64,000 nt of DNA from Octopus bimaculoides (taxonomy: Eukaryota). Of this stretch, positions 40,721-53,062 are shown one piece after another. The DNA is taken from positions 156,550,707-156,614,706 of the forward strand of contig NC_068983.1 in NCBI RefSeq assembly GCF_001194135.2, in the 5' to 3' direction. The notes under the pieces are model-generated. The model had not been told where the DNA came from. It saw nothing but the letters and a program-made list of their open reading frames with translations, and did not search any database. The position numbers were made by a program, and so were the translations under genes. Numbering within the stretch: position 1 is the stretch's first letter; every line of letters begins with the position of its first letter.

Positions 40721-41870
40721 TCTGCGCTTCTTCGCACGTAATTGTTTGACTTTTTCAAACTGCTTAATTTTTGTCCGGTTTTGACCATACAGAGTTTTTT
40801 CTTCCTTTTGTTACAGCATAGTATTCTGTAGCTTAATTTTTAGCTTTTACGTGACCTTTTTCAAATTTCACTCCAAATATGTGTTATTTTACCTTCAAAA
40901 TTATATTTCTTTGATTACTTAAAGATAGAAAACTGTATTTAGTACGAATTTCTAGCTCTTTACATCGGTTTACATTAGTCTTATGGTAGATATTTTATAT
41001 TAGGTTTCCTGTATCTTAAGAACTCATATTCTCTGTATTCGTCGTAACTATATTATTTCTATGCCAGATGGTGTGTGGTTTATAGATATATAGTCTAGTC
41101 TAGCTAAATTTATTTAGCGTCCAGTTGATAATAGCATAACTATAAAATGGTACTGAGACAGCCTGTGTGGCGGCAATATCTGTGACTTTAATGATTGCAG
41201 TTAGCTCCGTTCTGAATATTAATCTAATGCGATTAAATATTATTTTTGAAACTTTTTCATTCGTGTACGTTGTACATCGTCTAGTTAATTTATTCCTAAA
41301 TACTTTTAAGTCTACGCAAGGTCTACTCTTCTTATCTTTGTTTTAAAATATTATGGCATTACTGTTCTGAAATATTTCTCCTCTGCCGAAGTTAGTTTGC
41401 CGAAGTTAGTTTGTCGAATTTTTTGGATCCCAACCTGATAGAAATTCCAGTAAACCATTTTTTTTGTATATGATGCTCTTTCTAGTTTAGCATTTTCAGT
41501 GTACAGGCTGAGATCATCTATATAAAGAATGATAGCTTATTCACACATAGCATTTGCATCCCAGATCATACTGATTGCTGCCATGTATAGCAAGAGTGAT
41601 GGCAGAAAAAGTAGAAAGAGGTGGGCATTTTATGTGCGTATGTATGTGTGAATGTGCGAGTTCTTCAATTATTCTTCTATTGAAAATAAGATTAATTATC
41701 ATAAAACTTCGTCTTTGCTGCCTTATGAACTTTTTACTTTTATGCAGCAATCTTGGAACGAATATCCTTAATAGACTAATGCTTTGTTGTCTACGTATTT
41801 GACGTGATGAAGACAAAACAGGAGACGCAATGGAAGATGATATTTCTTTCGTAGGGCATATATACATACA

Positions 41871-41920
<50 letters not shown>

Positions 41921-42379
41921 TAAAAATATAAATGGGACTTAATATCTACAACAGATGTTTCGGTAGAAATACATACATACATTCAGTTAGCAGTGAAGTT
42001 ACTGGTATTATTTACCGTATTTTTTAGACGTGCAATTTACATAAGGACACCACATTTTAGGAACTGCGTGTCCCCTCAATTGCTCAGTCTGATAGCAATA
42101 TTTTTGCACTTTGACGCTGTATGCAACTAGCTTTTTTAGTTTGCCCTTGTTCAACAAATGGTTAAATTCATGGCATTTCTTCGCAAGTTTGCGAGTCTTT
42201 AATCTCAACGTCACGAAAGCAGTTTGATAAACCAGGCTATCACGAAGGTACTGTGACAACACATACATGTTATAATCTATAATAGACCTTTATTTGAACA
42301 CGTGGACTGATCACAAACAAACAGGATTAAGCAGTAATTTTAATAACCTGATGTAGAAATAGAGACAGTATACTTTAAG

Positions 42380-43165
42380 TCGTACTTTGTCAGCCTGGTA
42401 CAACATTCAGAGCACCTACACTATACATAATTTTTGTTTAGGTTATTTCTATAGATATTCTAAAGCACTGATCTTTGCTAAAACGTTTCGTATCGAGACG
42501 TCAGATGTAAACAGGCAATGTTATCGAAGACAAAAGTATATTTGCTATATTTCGGGTTTTGCTGCCCCTTCTTTAGCACTCATCTAACCCATTGTCGCCT
42601 CCGAACACATTGCTTATATAGGCACAGCATACAGCGGTGTTAAGTTATTGGCTATACCAGTTTACATATTAAACAAAATATTGTAGCAAAGATCAGTGCT
42701 GCTTATGAGTTCTATAGGATATCTGTAGAAATAACCTAAACAAAATAATGTAAGAGCGCAGCTGATGCAACAGAACGTGGCACTGACCAATGAAAGCGTT
42801 TAGTTACAAATCTTCAATGTCTACATATCAGCCCCAGGAATGCGTCTAATATGTAAATTGGTATATCCAATGACTTAATACCGTTGTATGCGGTGGCTAT
42901 ATAAGCAATGTTTTCGGAAGCAATAGTGAGTTAAATGAGTACTGAAGAATGAGTAACAACTCCTGAAATATGATATATACACTCATTACCCACTTTTGCC
43001 TTCGATCACATTGTCTGCTTACATCTGACGTTTCGATACGAAACATTGTAGCAAAAGTCAGTGCTGGCTATAAATTCTATAGAATATCTTAAGAAAATAA
43101 TGTAAGAGCAATGATGGCGCAATAGAACATGATACTGACTTATGAAAACATTTAGTATACCTTAT
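42380..43165 (+). mobile_element. Non-coding ~365-nt hammerhead-bearing unit (1.3 tandem copies) with a 5' inverted partial copy
   Basis: TTGTAGCAAA..TCAGTGCT recurs at 42681 and 43046 (period 365). About 42380-42670 is the reverse complement of about 42850-43150. HHR fold at 42934-42987. Confidence 0.75.
42934..42987 (+). ncRNA. Type-I hammerhead ribozyme
   Basis: Stem I AAUGAGUA/UAC(ac)UCAUU; core CUGAAGA (42942-48); stem II A(U)GAG/CUC(C)U; GAAA (42965-68); stem III AUA/UAU; cleavage after AUA (42977). The inverted copy at 42536-42583 has the mutated core CUAAAGA. Confidence 0.68.
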
Positions 43166-43407
43166 GATATATTGTGTTTGCATAACGAAGTACTACGCAC
43201 CTATAAATCTTTAAGTATACATAATTTGCGAATGGAAACTATTGATTCACTATGTTATATGAAATTCACTAGGACTAGGTGATCGTTTCTATATATCTTA
43301 CTGGAATATGACTGGCGCTTTTGCTTCTTTCTAGATTTATAAATGCACGAAGTGGGAGTAGAGAAGGAATATGCTAAATGAGTGTGGAACAAGAGGCACC
43401 TATATTG

Positions 43408-43715
43408 CTAGAAACAAGAAACAATGATCCTTATAACAACAAAGCACACATTATTTATGTACTGACAGGAGAGATAACCGTCCCTCAGCGAGGGCAGTCA
43501 CTGTACTAGCAAGCTAGTTTTGCTTAGAATGATTAAGCTAAATCCTACTTGTCAGTATCTAGGGTTGGAGTGATCAATATTCATGAGCTTCAAAACCAGG
43601 CGAAACTAGCTTGCTAGTATAGTAACCTAGCTGCTGTGAGGCGGTTATCTCCCCTGTCAATACAAAGACAATATGCTATTTGTGGTCATAACGGTCTTTG
43701 ACTCTTGCTTACTAG
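43408..43715. mobile_element. Foldback/MITE-like element with ~120-bp imperfect inverted arms
   Basis: GTACTGACAGGAGAGATAACCG...CTAGCAAGCTAGTTT is mirrored by AAACTAGCTTGCTAG...CGGTTATCTCCCCTGTCAATAC; CTAG at both ends. Confidence 0.75.
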
Positions 43716-43788
43716 AAATATACATGCTGCCCTGCGCCCTCAGTCAATATTAGTGAGAATCGAATTTATATATATATATATATATAGG

Positions 43789-43836
<48 letters not shown>

Positions 43837-43923
43837 AAGAGAGAAAGAGAGAGAGAGAGAGAAAGAAAGAGAGAGAAAGAGAGAGAGAGAAAGAGAGAGA
43901 GAGAGAGGGAGAAGGAGAGAGAA

Positions 43924-43956
<33 letters not shown>

Positions 43957-43960
43957 AAGA

Positions 43961-44631
43961 NNNNNNNNNNNNNNNNNNNNNNNNNNNNNNNNNNNNNNNN
44001 NNNNNNNNNNNNNNNNNNNNNNNNNNNNNNNNNNNNNNNNNNNNNNNNNNNNNNNNNNNNNNNNNNNNNNNNNNNNNNNNNNNNNNNNNNNNNNNNNNNN
44101 NNNNNNNNNNNNNNNNNNNNNNNNNNNNNNNNNNNNNNNNNNNNNNNNNNNNNNNNNNNNNNNNNNNNNNNNNNNNNNNNNNNNNNNNNNNNNNNNNNNN
44201 NNNNNNNNNNNNNNNNNNNNNNNNNNNNNNNNNNNNNNNNNNNNNNNNNNNNNNNNNNNNNNNNNNNNNNNNNNNNNNNNNNNNNNNNNNNNNNNNNNNN
44301 NNNNNNNNNNNNNNNNNNNNNNNNNNNNNNNNNNNNNNNNNNNNNNNNNNNNNNNNNNNNNNNNNNNNNNNNNNNNNNNNNNNNNNNNNNNNNNNNNNNN
44401 NNNNNNNNNNNNNNNNNNNNNNNNNNNNNNNNNNNNNNNNNNNNNNNNNNNNNNNNNNNNNNNNNNNNNNNNNNNNNNNNNNNNNNNNNNNNNNNNNNNN
44501 NNNNNNNNNNNNNNNNNNNNNNNNNNNNNNNNNNNNNNNNNNNNNNNNNNNNNNNNNNNNNNNNNNNNNNNNNNNNNNNNNNNNNNNNNNNNNNNNNNNN
44601 NNNNNNNNNNNNNNNNNNNNNNNNNNNNNNN
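43961..44631. other. Assembly gap (one of many; others include 2929-2985, 11082-11491, 22778-23021, 53504-53873, 55890-56667)
   Basis: Runs of N, nearly always flanked by microsatellites. Confidence 0.99.
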
Positions 44632-44664
44632 TATATATATATATGTATGTATGTATGTATGTAT

Positions 44665-44890
44665 ATATTTATGAGTTTGCCTTTGTCTCTGTGTTTGTCC
44701 CTCATACCATCGCTTGACAACCGAAGTTGCCTTGTTTACATCCCTGTAAATTAGCGGTTCAGCAGAAGTGATCGATAGAATAAGTACCAGGCTTACAAAG
44801 AATAAGTTCAGGGGTCGATTTCTTCGATTAAAAAGCAGTGCTGTAGCATGGCCCCAGTCAAATGACTGAAACAATTCAAAAAATGAAAGA
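44665..44890 (+). mobile_element. SINE family B, 3' half
   Basis: CGCTTGACAACCG...TAGCGGTTC...GATAGAATAAGTACCAGGCTTACAAAGAATAAG...GCATGGCC..AGTCAAATGACTGAAACAA. Confidence 0.8.
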
Positions 44891-45364
44891 ATATATACAC
44901 GTACATTCGTATATTCTAAATTTCTGACGTAATTTGATAGTAAATGCTCCGCCTAACCATACTTATACCGTCTGATGTAGTTGTATATCTTATTCAAGAG
45001 AGTAAGTACTAACTGGAAAATTTGTTACCCTATGTTTATATCTCTTACTTAGAAATTCTTTATAACTTCATCTCGTTTATTGTAAGATATTAGTTAATCT
45101 AGCGTATGACTTCATAGTTCCCATTTGTTTTTACTTTATATCTATTATCTATTACTCGTTATTTATTATTTATTATATCTCATTTATTCAAGTGTCGCTA
45201 GTCGCTACATTTGATTTTATTTCTTCCTATACTGTAGTTATATCTACTCATTATATAATGTGGTTGTGCAGATATAATTTACCATCTATGCACGTGCGTA
45301 TTTGGAAAAATTATTCCTGAGTGTGTATGTAGAGGTATGTGCACATGTATGTGTGTATGCGTAC

Positions 45365-45419
<55 letters not shown>

Positions 45420-45556
45420 CATACATACATGCATGCATGCATACGCACACATATATAGATACACACATACAGACACTAAAGTGAACACATTAATCAGCCC
45501 CAGTATTGCTAGAAATAAGAATGAAAGCAACTCAATAGCAACAAATGATCTATGAT

Positions 45557-45660
45557 CTATCTTAATGAGCTGACAAAGGAGACAAGCTCCCTATTGTCGC
45601 AGATATGGCTGTATCTGCGACCATAGGGAGCTTGTCTGCCTTGTTAGCTCATTAAGATAG
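45557..45660. repeat. Near-perfect 104-nt hairpin (49-bp arms, 6-nt loop), possible TA-flanked MITE
   Basis: CTATCTTAATGAGCTGACAAAGGAGACAAGCTCCCTATTGTCGCAGATA pairs with TATCTGCGACCATAGGGAGCTTGTCTGCCTTGTTAGCTCATTAAGATAG with about 4 mismatches or wobbles. Confidence 0.9.
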
Positions 45661-45689
45661 TGCTTTTGTAGGAAATTGAGTTGTTTTGT

Positions 45690-45900
45690 CTCTTATTTCT
45701 AGCAATACCTGGGCACATCGACATTTGCGCCAATAACAAAAGTTCAAGCTTCATAATTTTTCCCTTCTATCAATTCATGAACGATACGACCTGTAGTCAA
45801 CGAATTAGTTAAGAGTCTGTCTTTATTACAAAATACAGACCCCTTTTGAACGCATCTACAACAAGTGACATATCCACCACGACCTGAGAATTACACATAC
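45690..45900 (+). mobile_element. Penelope-like element, GIY-YIG C-terminal fragment
   Basis: PGHIDICANNKSSSFII.PFYQF...ESVFITKYRP.LN resembles the end of the 16-17 kb PLE (IFIFPFHKL...KF.PKLN). Confidence 0.5.
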
Positions 45901-47178
45901 TCAAATATTAAAAATGACACATTCAAATAAGATACCCAAGAAGTCATTAAAAACAGTCCCAATCACTGCTATAATCCATAACGAGCCACTTTTAGGTCGC
46001 TTGACCATTTAACATCCTACTGCTATCCTACCATCTTGCATTCTCTTATTATTCTTTCTCTTCTTCTCCGTCTCCTTCTTTTGTGTGTTCTTCTTCCTCT
46101 CCGCCACCTCCTTCCTTACTTTACTACTACTGCTGTTTAGAATAACACCTACGCAAATATCATAAACAATACATTCAAAAGACATATCTCAAGAATTCAA
46201 TCACTACAATCATCCACAACGAGCCACTTTCAGAGCACTTGACCATTTAACATCCTACTACTATCATAGCACTCCCGCATTATTTTCTTCTTCTTCTTCT
46301 TCTTCTTCTTCTTCTTCTTCTTCTTCTTCTTCTTCTTCTTCTTCTTCTTCTTCTTCTTCTTCTTNNNNNNNNNNNNNNNNNNNNNNNNNNNNNNNNNNNN
46401 NNNNNNNNNNNNNNNNNNNNNNNNNNNNNNNNNNNNNNNNNNNNNNNNNNNNNNNNNNNNNNNNNNNNNNNNNNNNNNNNNNNNNNNNNNNNNNNNNNNN
46501 NNNNNNNNNNNNNNNNNNNNNNNNNNNNNNNNNNAGAAACAAGGAAAATACCCCTTGTATTTGAATACTATGCAAATATTTATTTAAAATACTTTTCATT
46601 TAATTTTTCCAAAATCTAATTGTTTTCCATACTTACAGTTGAAAAATTCTCATTGACCGAAACCGGTACTGAAATGATTTTAGAAAATTATTTTAGCATT
46701 TTCTAGCTTGACTTTTTTTCTATATATCAACTCGTATGTTCCTTTTCCACCTTCTACATATATGTATATATATATGTATGTGGGGGGGGGGGTGTACGCA
46801 CATATTTGTAAGCATGTGTACGTGTTAATTAATGCTTAGATTTTAAACCATAAACATGGACCCACATACCGAACACGGAAACGTCCGAATGATTGTAGAC
46901 AGAACTAACTTTAAAAATGTAAGTACCTATATATGTATGCGAACAAGACCATCCATTTCAGGTTCAATCTTTAAGTCATCATTAAGTCATCCGTATATAG
47001 CAGGTGATTCAATTTTTCTCTACTTTTCAAGCCGTAACCTGATGTTACTTCCAGTCATATCTACGTCAGAGGTATCATACAAATCACAAACAGCAGTGGT
47101 AACAGAGACTTCCTCCCTGAAATATTAACTCTTTATTCTAATATTTCATTGAGCTCCTGATAAAATTCAAAGTGTTAC

Positions 47179-47712
47179 TATTATTATTGTTATTATCATT
47201 ATTATTATTATTGAGTGAGATAGCAGTGCATGCTATCAACGTGACACTGGGGTAAAATATATGAAGCCCATTATACCCATCATGACTACCCGTCTGATAA
47301 GGGTACACCAGGCGCATGCATCACAACCATATCATAACCACCTCGCAGGTGGGGCTCAGTTATAATTTTCTTCAGGTCGAGTAGCCCATCCCGCTCAAAA
47401 GTTCCCTGAATAAGTTTTGTTTAAGGATGTTGAGCAAAACACCTATGTTTCCAAAAGTGAATTTTTCAAACCGCGAAGAATTCCTCTCAACACTTGGCTA
47501 TGAAACTCACCCACTATTTCTACTCATGATCAGAGATGCACATATCGTCAGCCAACAAGGGACGTGCTCAACTGGTTAAGGTCAAAGAACTGACAAGCAA
47601 ATCTGTGGTATTGAGCAGAATATTTGCTGTAGCCAATCGTTTATATCAAGACAAAAGAATGTACATGATAACACTTCCAATCAATTAAGATCAGAAGCCA
47701 TGAGAGCCACTG
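47179..47712 (-). repeat. Unclassified ~530-bp retroposon-like repeat with an (AAT)n 3' tail
   Basis: Non-coding, GC-richer than its flanks; the minus strand ends ...GCATGCACTGCTATCTCACTC(AAT)n and abuts the Dong fragment. I recall it as a common Octopus repeat (unverified). Confidence 0.5.
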
Positions 47713-47714
47713 CA

Positions 47715-48470
47715 TTTACACCCATATCTTTCGCGGCATATTGCAGCAGGTATTCATCACTATTTATCAAATACTCGACAAGAGTTCTCCTTTCACTCCT
47801 TGTTCAGTAGTCTACGCTAATTTATCCTCTGCCACCATTCTTTCTTGTTATATACTGTCTGTTTACGTCTGCTTTAGGGTGTAGTGCCCCATGCAGCATC
47901 ATCAATTTTCTCGTCCTTCTAATCAGTGGTGATATTTCCTCCTTAGTCCATTTGAGGATAGACGCACTATATCTGACCACTGCAACTGCCCAGATATTCA
48001 TTGTAGTAATCAATTTTTTGGTATTCAGGTTGGATTTGAACACCATCTTCACTCTTTTATGATACGCCTCGGTGACCTTGACTTTCATTTCTCTGTGTAG
48101 AATGTCATCCAGCTCTAAAATCCCTAAATATCTATACCCAATACCGTCGGGTTCACCCATGGTCTCTCCTGATGGTAACCGTAATCCTCTACAAGATGAT
48201 TTCTTCCCTCTTTTCCATATTAAGCATTGAGCATTCGGTAATCCAAAATTCCATACCGATGTCCCTACCACACTTCTGGACTGCTTTGGTTAAGAAATCT
48301 GTTTTTCAGATTTCCCAAACAATTTCAGGTCATCCATAAACAGAAGATGGTTCAACGATGAGCCTTTCTTCCCACATGGGTAACCCATCTTAACTTCCTT
48401 AAAATGTCATTGCTATGAGTATTAGGGCAATTACAAATAGTACCGGAGAAAACGAGTTATCTTGGTTACT
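47715..48470 (-). mobile_element. R4/Dong-like LINE RT fragment
   Basis: SLNHLLFMDDLKLFGK, GYRYLGILELD, INIW-like MNIWAVAVVRYSA and GALHPKADVNR...GGRG; preceded on the minus strand by an (AAT)n tract (48480-48560). Confidence 0.9.
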
Positions 48471-48500
48471 ACCCTTTTAATATTTTTATTATTATTATTG

Positions 48501-48565
<65 letters not shown>

Positions 48566-48583
48566 TTTATCATCATCATCATC

Positions 48584-48635
<52 letters not shown>

Positions 48636-49405
48636 TAAATAAGAAATCATTAACAAAATTGAGATAAGAAAGTAGCAAGAAATCATTATTTATTGCTGGT
48701 TTATTATATTTGCGTACTTTACCCACCCACTCTCATTTGTCGTAGTATCTTGGGAATTTAGTTCAATTCTGTGTGATGACACCGACTAATTCACTTCTCA
48801 GAAAACATTATTGATGAGACACCGACACCAATTCAATCAGCAGGGTGTACAACACACACACACACACTCAAACACAGTACACACTCAAACACAATACACA
48901 CTGAAACCCACAGAAACACACGCACGCACAAATATTGAAAGAGTCGAGTACATCCGTTTGGTGTGTATGTGTGTGCGTGAGATAGACAGTCGAGTAGTTA
49001 CTTTCCTTTTATTTTAGAGGAAAATCACAAAACGTTTGGCTAATCATCACGTAATCTTGGTCGCAGTTATCTTGAAAATAAATTGTTTTCGCATAGTGTT
49101 TGTATTCATGAAGCCTAACCTTCAGTTCGTCATAATACAGGACTCTAAAAATAGGTAACAGACTGGTACAAAACTCAATTTTGTATGGTCGACTGATACC
49201 CTTCAAGGTAGTACTCCAGCATGACCGCATCTCAACTTCTAAACAAAAACGAATAATACACAAGCACTACGTACACACACACATATCCAAATGCATATTA
49301 GATATATAGATACATAGACACATACGCATACATTACACACATTTACATATATACACACACACACATATATGTATGTATATATATATATATATATTTATAT
49401 GTATG

Positions 49406-49488
<83 letters not shown>

Positions 49489-50155
49489 ATGTATGTATAC
49501 ATGCATATGTCAATGTTTATGTGTTTATTGGCATTTAGAAGTCTCACAAGAGTAGAAATCAATACGAGAAACCTAATGACCCATTCGTTAAAATTCAAAG
49601 TGATTTGTCTTATAAAGAGCACTTACCATTCCTCAGCTGCTGCTAACCAATTCAAATTTATATTGTAAAAAAAATATTGACCGTTATAAAAAATTATTTA
49701 TAGTATTTCTTTTTCTTTTTCTGTTGTGAATGCGTGAACTGAGGCCGTGCTGGGGATCGCCGTCAAGCGTTTTAGTTACTAACATTAATACAGCTACTCT
49801 GTCGGGTAAACCATTTTACTTGTCACTCTCAGTGAATGGTTGGGTTGAACTATGACCCTTTTTTAGAGAATGCCAGCCCTTAGCCGATAACTGCCAAAAT
49901 GAATTTACATCGCCTTTACACTGGTATTACGCACTCATAGACACACACATACACTCATATATAGAATCGCACATGCACGCACTCATACACCCGTACTTGC
50001 AGACGTATACGCATGCTGACTGCAACTCTATTTTCATCAATAAAATCGCTTCGTTCCTCTCTTAAGCATGAACAACACATAAACATACATATATACAGGC
50101 ATGTGTGTGTGTGCGCTCGCGCAATTGTATGCATGTATTTATGTATGTATGTATA

Positions 50156-50315
50156 GACGCAAGAGTGACTGTGTGGTAAGGAGCTTGCTTTCTAACTACA
50201 TAGTTTAGGGTTCACTCTCACTGCGTGACACCTTGGACAACTGTCTTCTACTATAGCCTCGAGTAGACCAAAGCTTTCTGAATGTATTTGGTAGACAGAA
50301 ACTAAAAAGAGCCAC
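50156..50315 (+). mobile_element. SINE family B, 5' half (tRNA-like head)
   Basis: A-box-like GTGACTGTGTGGTAAG and B-box-like GGGTTCACTCTC, followed by CACTGCGTGACACCTTGG...TGTCTTCTACTATAGCCTCG. Confidence 0.78.
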
Positions 50316-51889
50316 TCACAATTCATTGGTCAACACGAGGCTGTGCTAGATGTCACTTCCCCAACTTGTGCAGTGAGATCTAGGAGAAAAGCTACATAGC
50401 ACGAAGGCAAACGCCGTCCCCACACTTATGTGTATCAATATACGGAAACTCTAATTTTTATTCTGACGAACGAAGTAACTGGAAAAAGTCTATCATTTAA
50501 ATCAATTCAAGTTGAAATACAAGATTTATTACAATGCAGAGAGAACATCAGGGATTGCTTTTATTGAAATTAAAATTTAACTACTGCAATACTAAAGTTT
50601 AAGATGTTGATATATTATAATAACAAATATTTAAACTACAGTGTGTATGGAGTATTCTTTACTCTCTCCTCGAAATTTCATTTTTGTTATTGTAGTTCTG
50701 ATATAATGTAAAATAATGTAAAATATAGAAACGTGAGTTACTATATAGAATAGTGTGTGCGTGTAGCGTTACGTACGTATCGACAGAGATTATATTACAT
50801 AGGAATACATATCATGCTTCAGATGGAAATCTAAACAGAGAGGAAGCTTAATACATACATAAATACAGACAGTCATAGATTTTATAATATATAAAACATG
50901 TTGTGCTGGAGGTGTAGATAATAGAAAGAGTAGTTTTACATATATATATATATATAATCGTTATTTAAACAATATGAAGGTAGGGTGGAAGTTTTGAAAC
51001 GAACACGCTACTACTGGCTGTATACAGAAGGTTTTTAACTCTACCGCTGCTACTACACCAACTACTATACACATTAATTTTCTGATTGCTACTACTATCA
51101 TTATTCATAATACTAATATCACTATTTTTTCACGACTTAAATAATGTTAAGTATGTCAGAAACGTTAACAATAGGGATGAAATTTTAAAAAAAATAATAA
51201 ATAAAACTGAGTGAATGCACATTTTTTTTATCTCTATATTATTGCTATTCTCATGTGCGGTTGTTTTGGGGTTATTTTTTACTGTTATTGTTCTTAATGT
51301 ATTTCTACTATTATTATTGAAGTGGTTACTTGTAAGCTGCCGTTGTTCCTGATATTGTTGATGCTACAGCTAATGATGGTGGTGAAGGTCGAAGTGGTTG
51401 TCATCGTCGTCATCGTGGTGGTAAAAATAAATGGCTGTTACGGTGGTGGCGGTGTTAGTGCTAGTGACTCTTTGTTATGATATTGTTTACATCTAATTTA
51501 GTATTTTTCATTATTTTTTTTCTTCCTTATTGAATATGAAACGATAAGACACAAACAAAAAGTGCCACAAAACNNNNNNNNNNCCTTATTGAATATAAAA
51601 CGATAAGACACAAACAAAAAGTGCCACAAAACATGTAAAATTGACAATGAAAGAAAAATGGAAATTTAAAAAGAAAAACCATTTTAACAACCGATGCATT
51701 AGATAAGATTTAAATAGTGTTAGTATCCAGGTGAAAGCTATCTTTCCAAGATATTAATTCTGTTTAATTTCTTTTTTTTAATCTGTTATTCTTTTATGAA
51801 AACACTTGAAATGTTTTAGGGAGTGAAAGAGAAGCGGATGCGAGAGGATTTGATAGAAAGAGAGATAAGTAAAGTTCAAACACATAAAT

Positions 51890-52265
51890 AGAAGGAAATG
51901 CTTATGTATGTGTGTATATATGTATGTATATATGTATGTATGTATGTACGTACGTATGTACGTATGTATGTATGTATGTATATACGTACATATATACATA
52001 AATACATGCATAAATATGTAAGTGCCTGTATTTATGCATGTCTATGTGGAAGTAAGGAAGTTATATATATGTAGATATATGCACACATAAATTCGTATAT
52101 ACACGTACATATATGCCTCTATATATATATATGAATGTGTGTATCTATGTATGAATATATTTATATATATACACACATATATGTACACATGTATATATAC
52201 ACATATATATGCACACACACACATATATATATACATATATATATATGCATATACACATAGACATA

Positions 52266-52351
<86 letters not shown>

Positions 52352-52503
52352 CATATATATGCATACATATATATACATGCATATATATATATATACATAT
52401 ATATATACATATATATATCTTTATATATATGTATATATATGTATATATATACATATACATATATATATGTATATACATACATATATATATACATATATAT
52501 ATG

Positions 52504-52539
<36 letters not shown>

Positions 52540-52560
52540 TATACACGCACATATGAATGC
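51890..52560. repeat. Long compound (TA)/(TACA)/(TATG) microsatellite
   Basis: Seen directly; it produces the spurious Y/I-rich ORFs in the track. Confidence 0.97.
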
Positions 52561-52949
52561 TTTTGTATACGTATATTTGTATGCAAAGTATTTCTTTTTT
52601 TCTATATGACTTTCAAAAGAAACAAAATTAAAAAATTAACTCTAAATTTATCCGACATTTTATGTTTGGTGATTTTGATAAAACGGTGTCTTTCATACAA
52701 TTTTAATCATCATATACTACGAAATCATTATATCATAGAATGTTATTAAAATGGCTAGAAATACAAAAACCGCACAAAGTATGATTGCTTTGTTTTTAAT
52801 TAGTTTGTGGCGCATGATGATATTACATTTATAAATGGAACATTTTCAGGGTTAAGAAAAAACCATTTCGAGTAATATATACATATATTTTAGTGTGTAT
52901 GTGCGTGTTGATACAAATGTGTTTTTCTATTCATATACGTGTGTGTGTG

Positions 52950-52997
<48 letters not shown>

Positions 52998-53022
52998 TAT
53001 NNNNNNNNNNAGAGAGAGAGTT

Positions 53023-53062
<40 letters not shown>

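Noticed and set aside
49627-49642. 16-nt minus-strand segment ttag|CAGCAGCTGAGGAATG|gtaagt
   Set aside because: About 20 GTAAGT per strand are expected by chance in this composition, the acceptor is weak, and it could not be linked to other exons.
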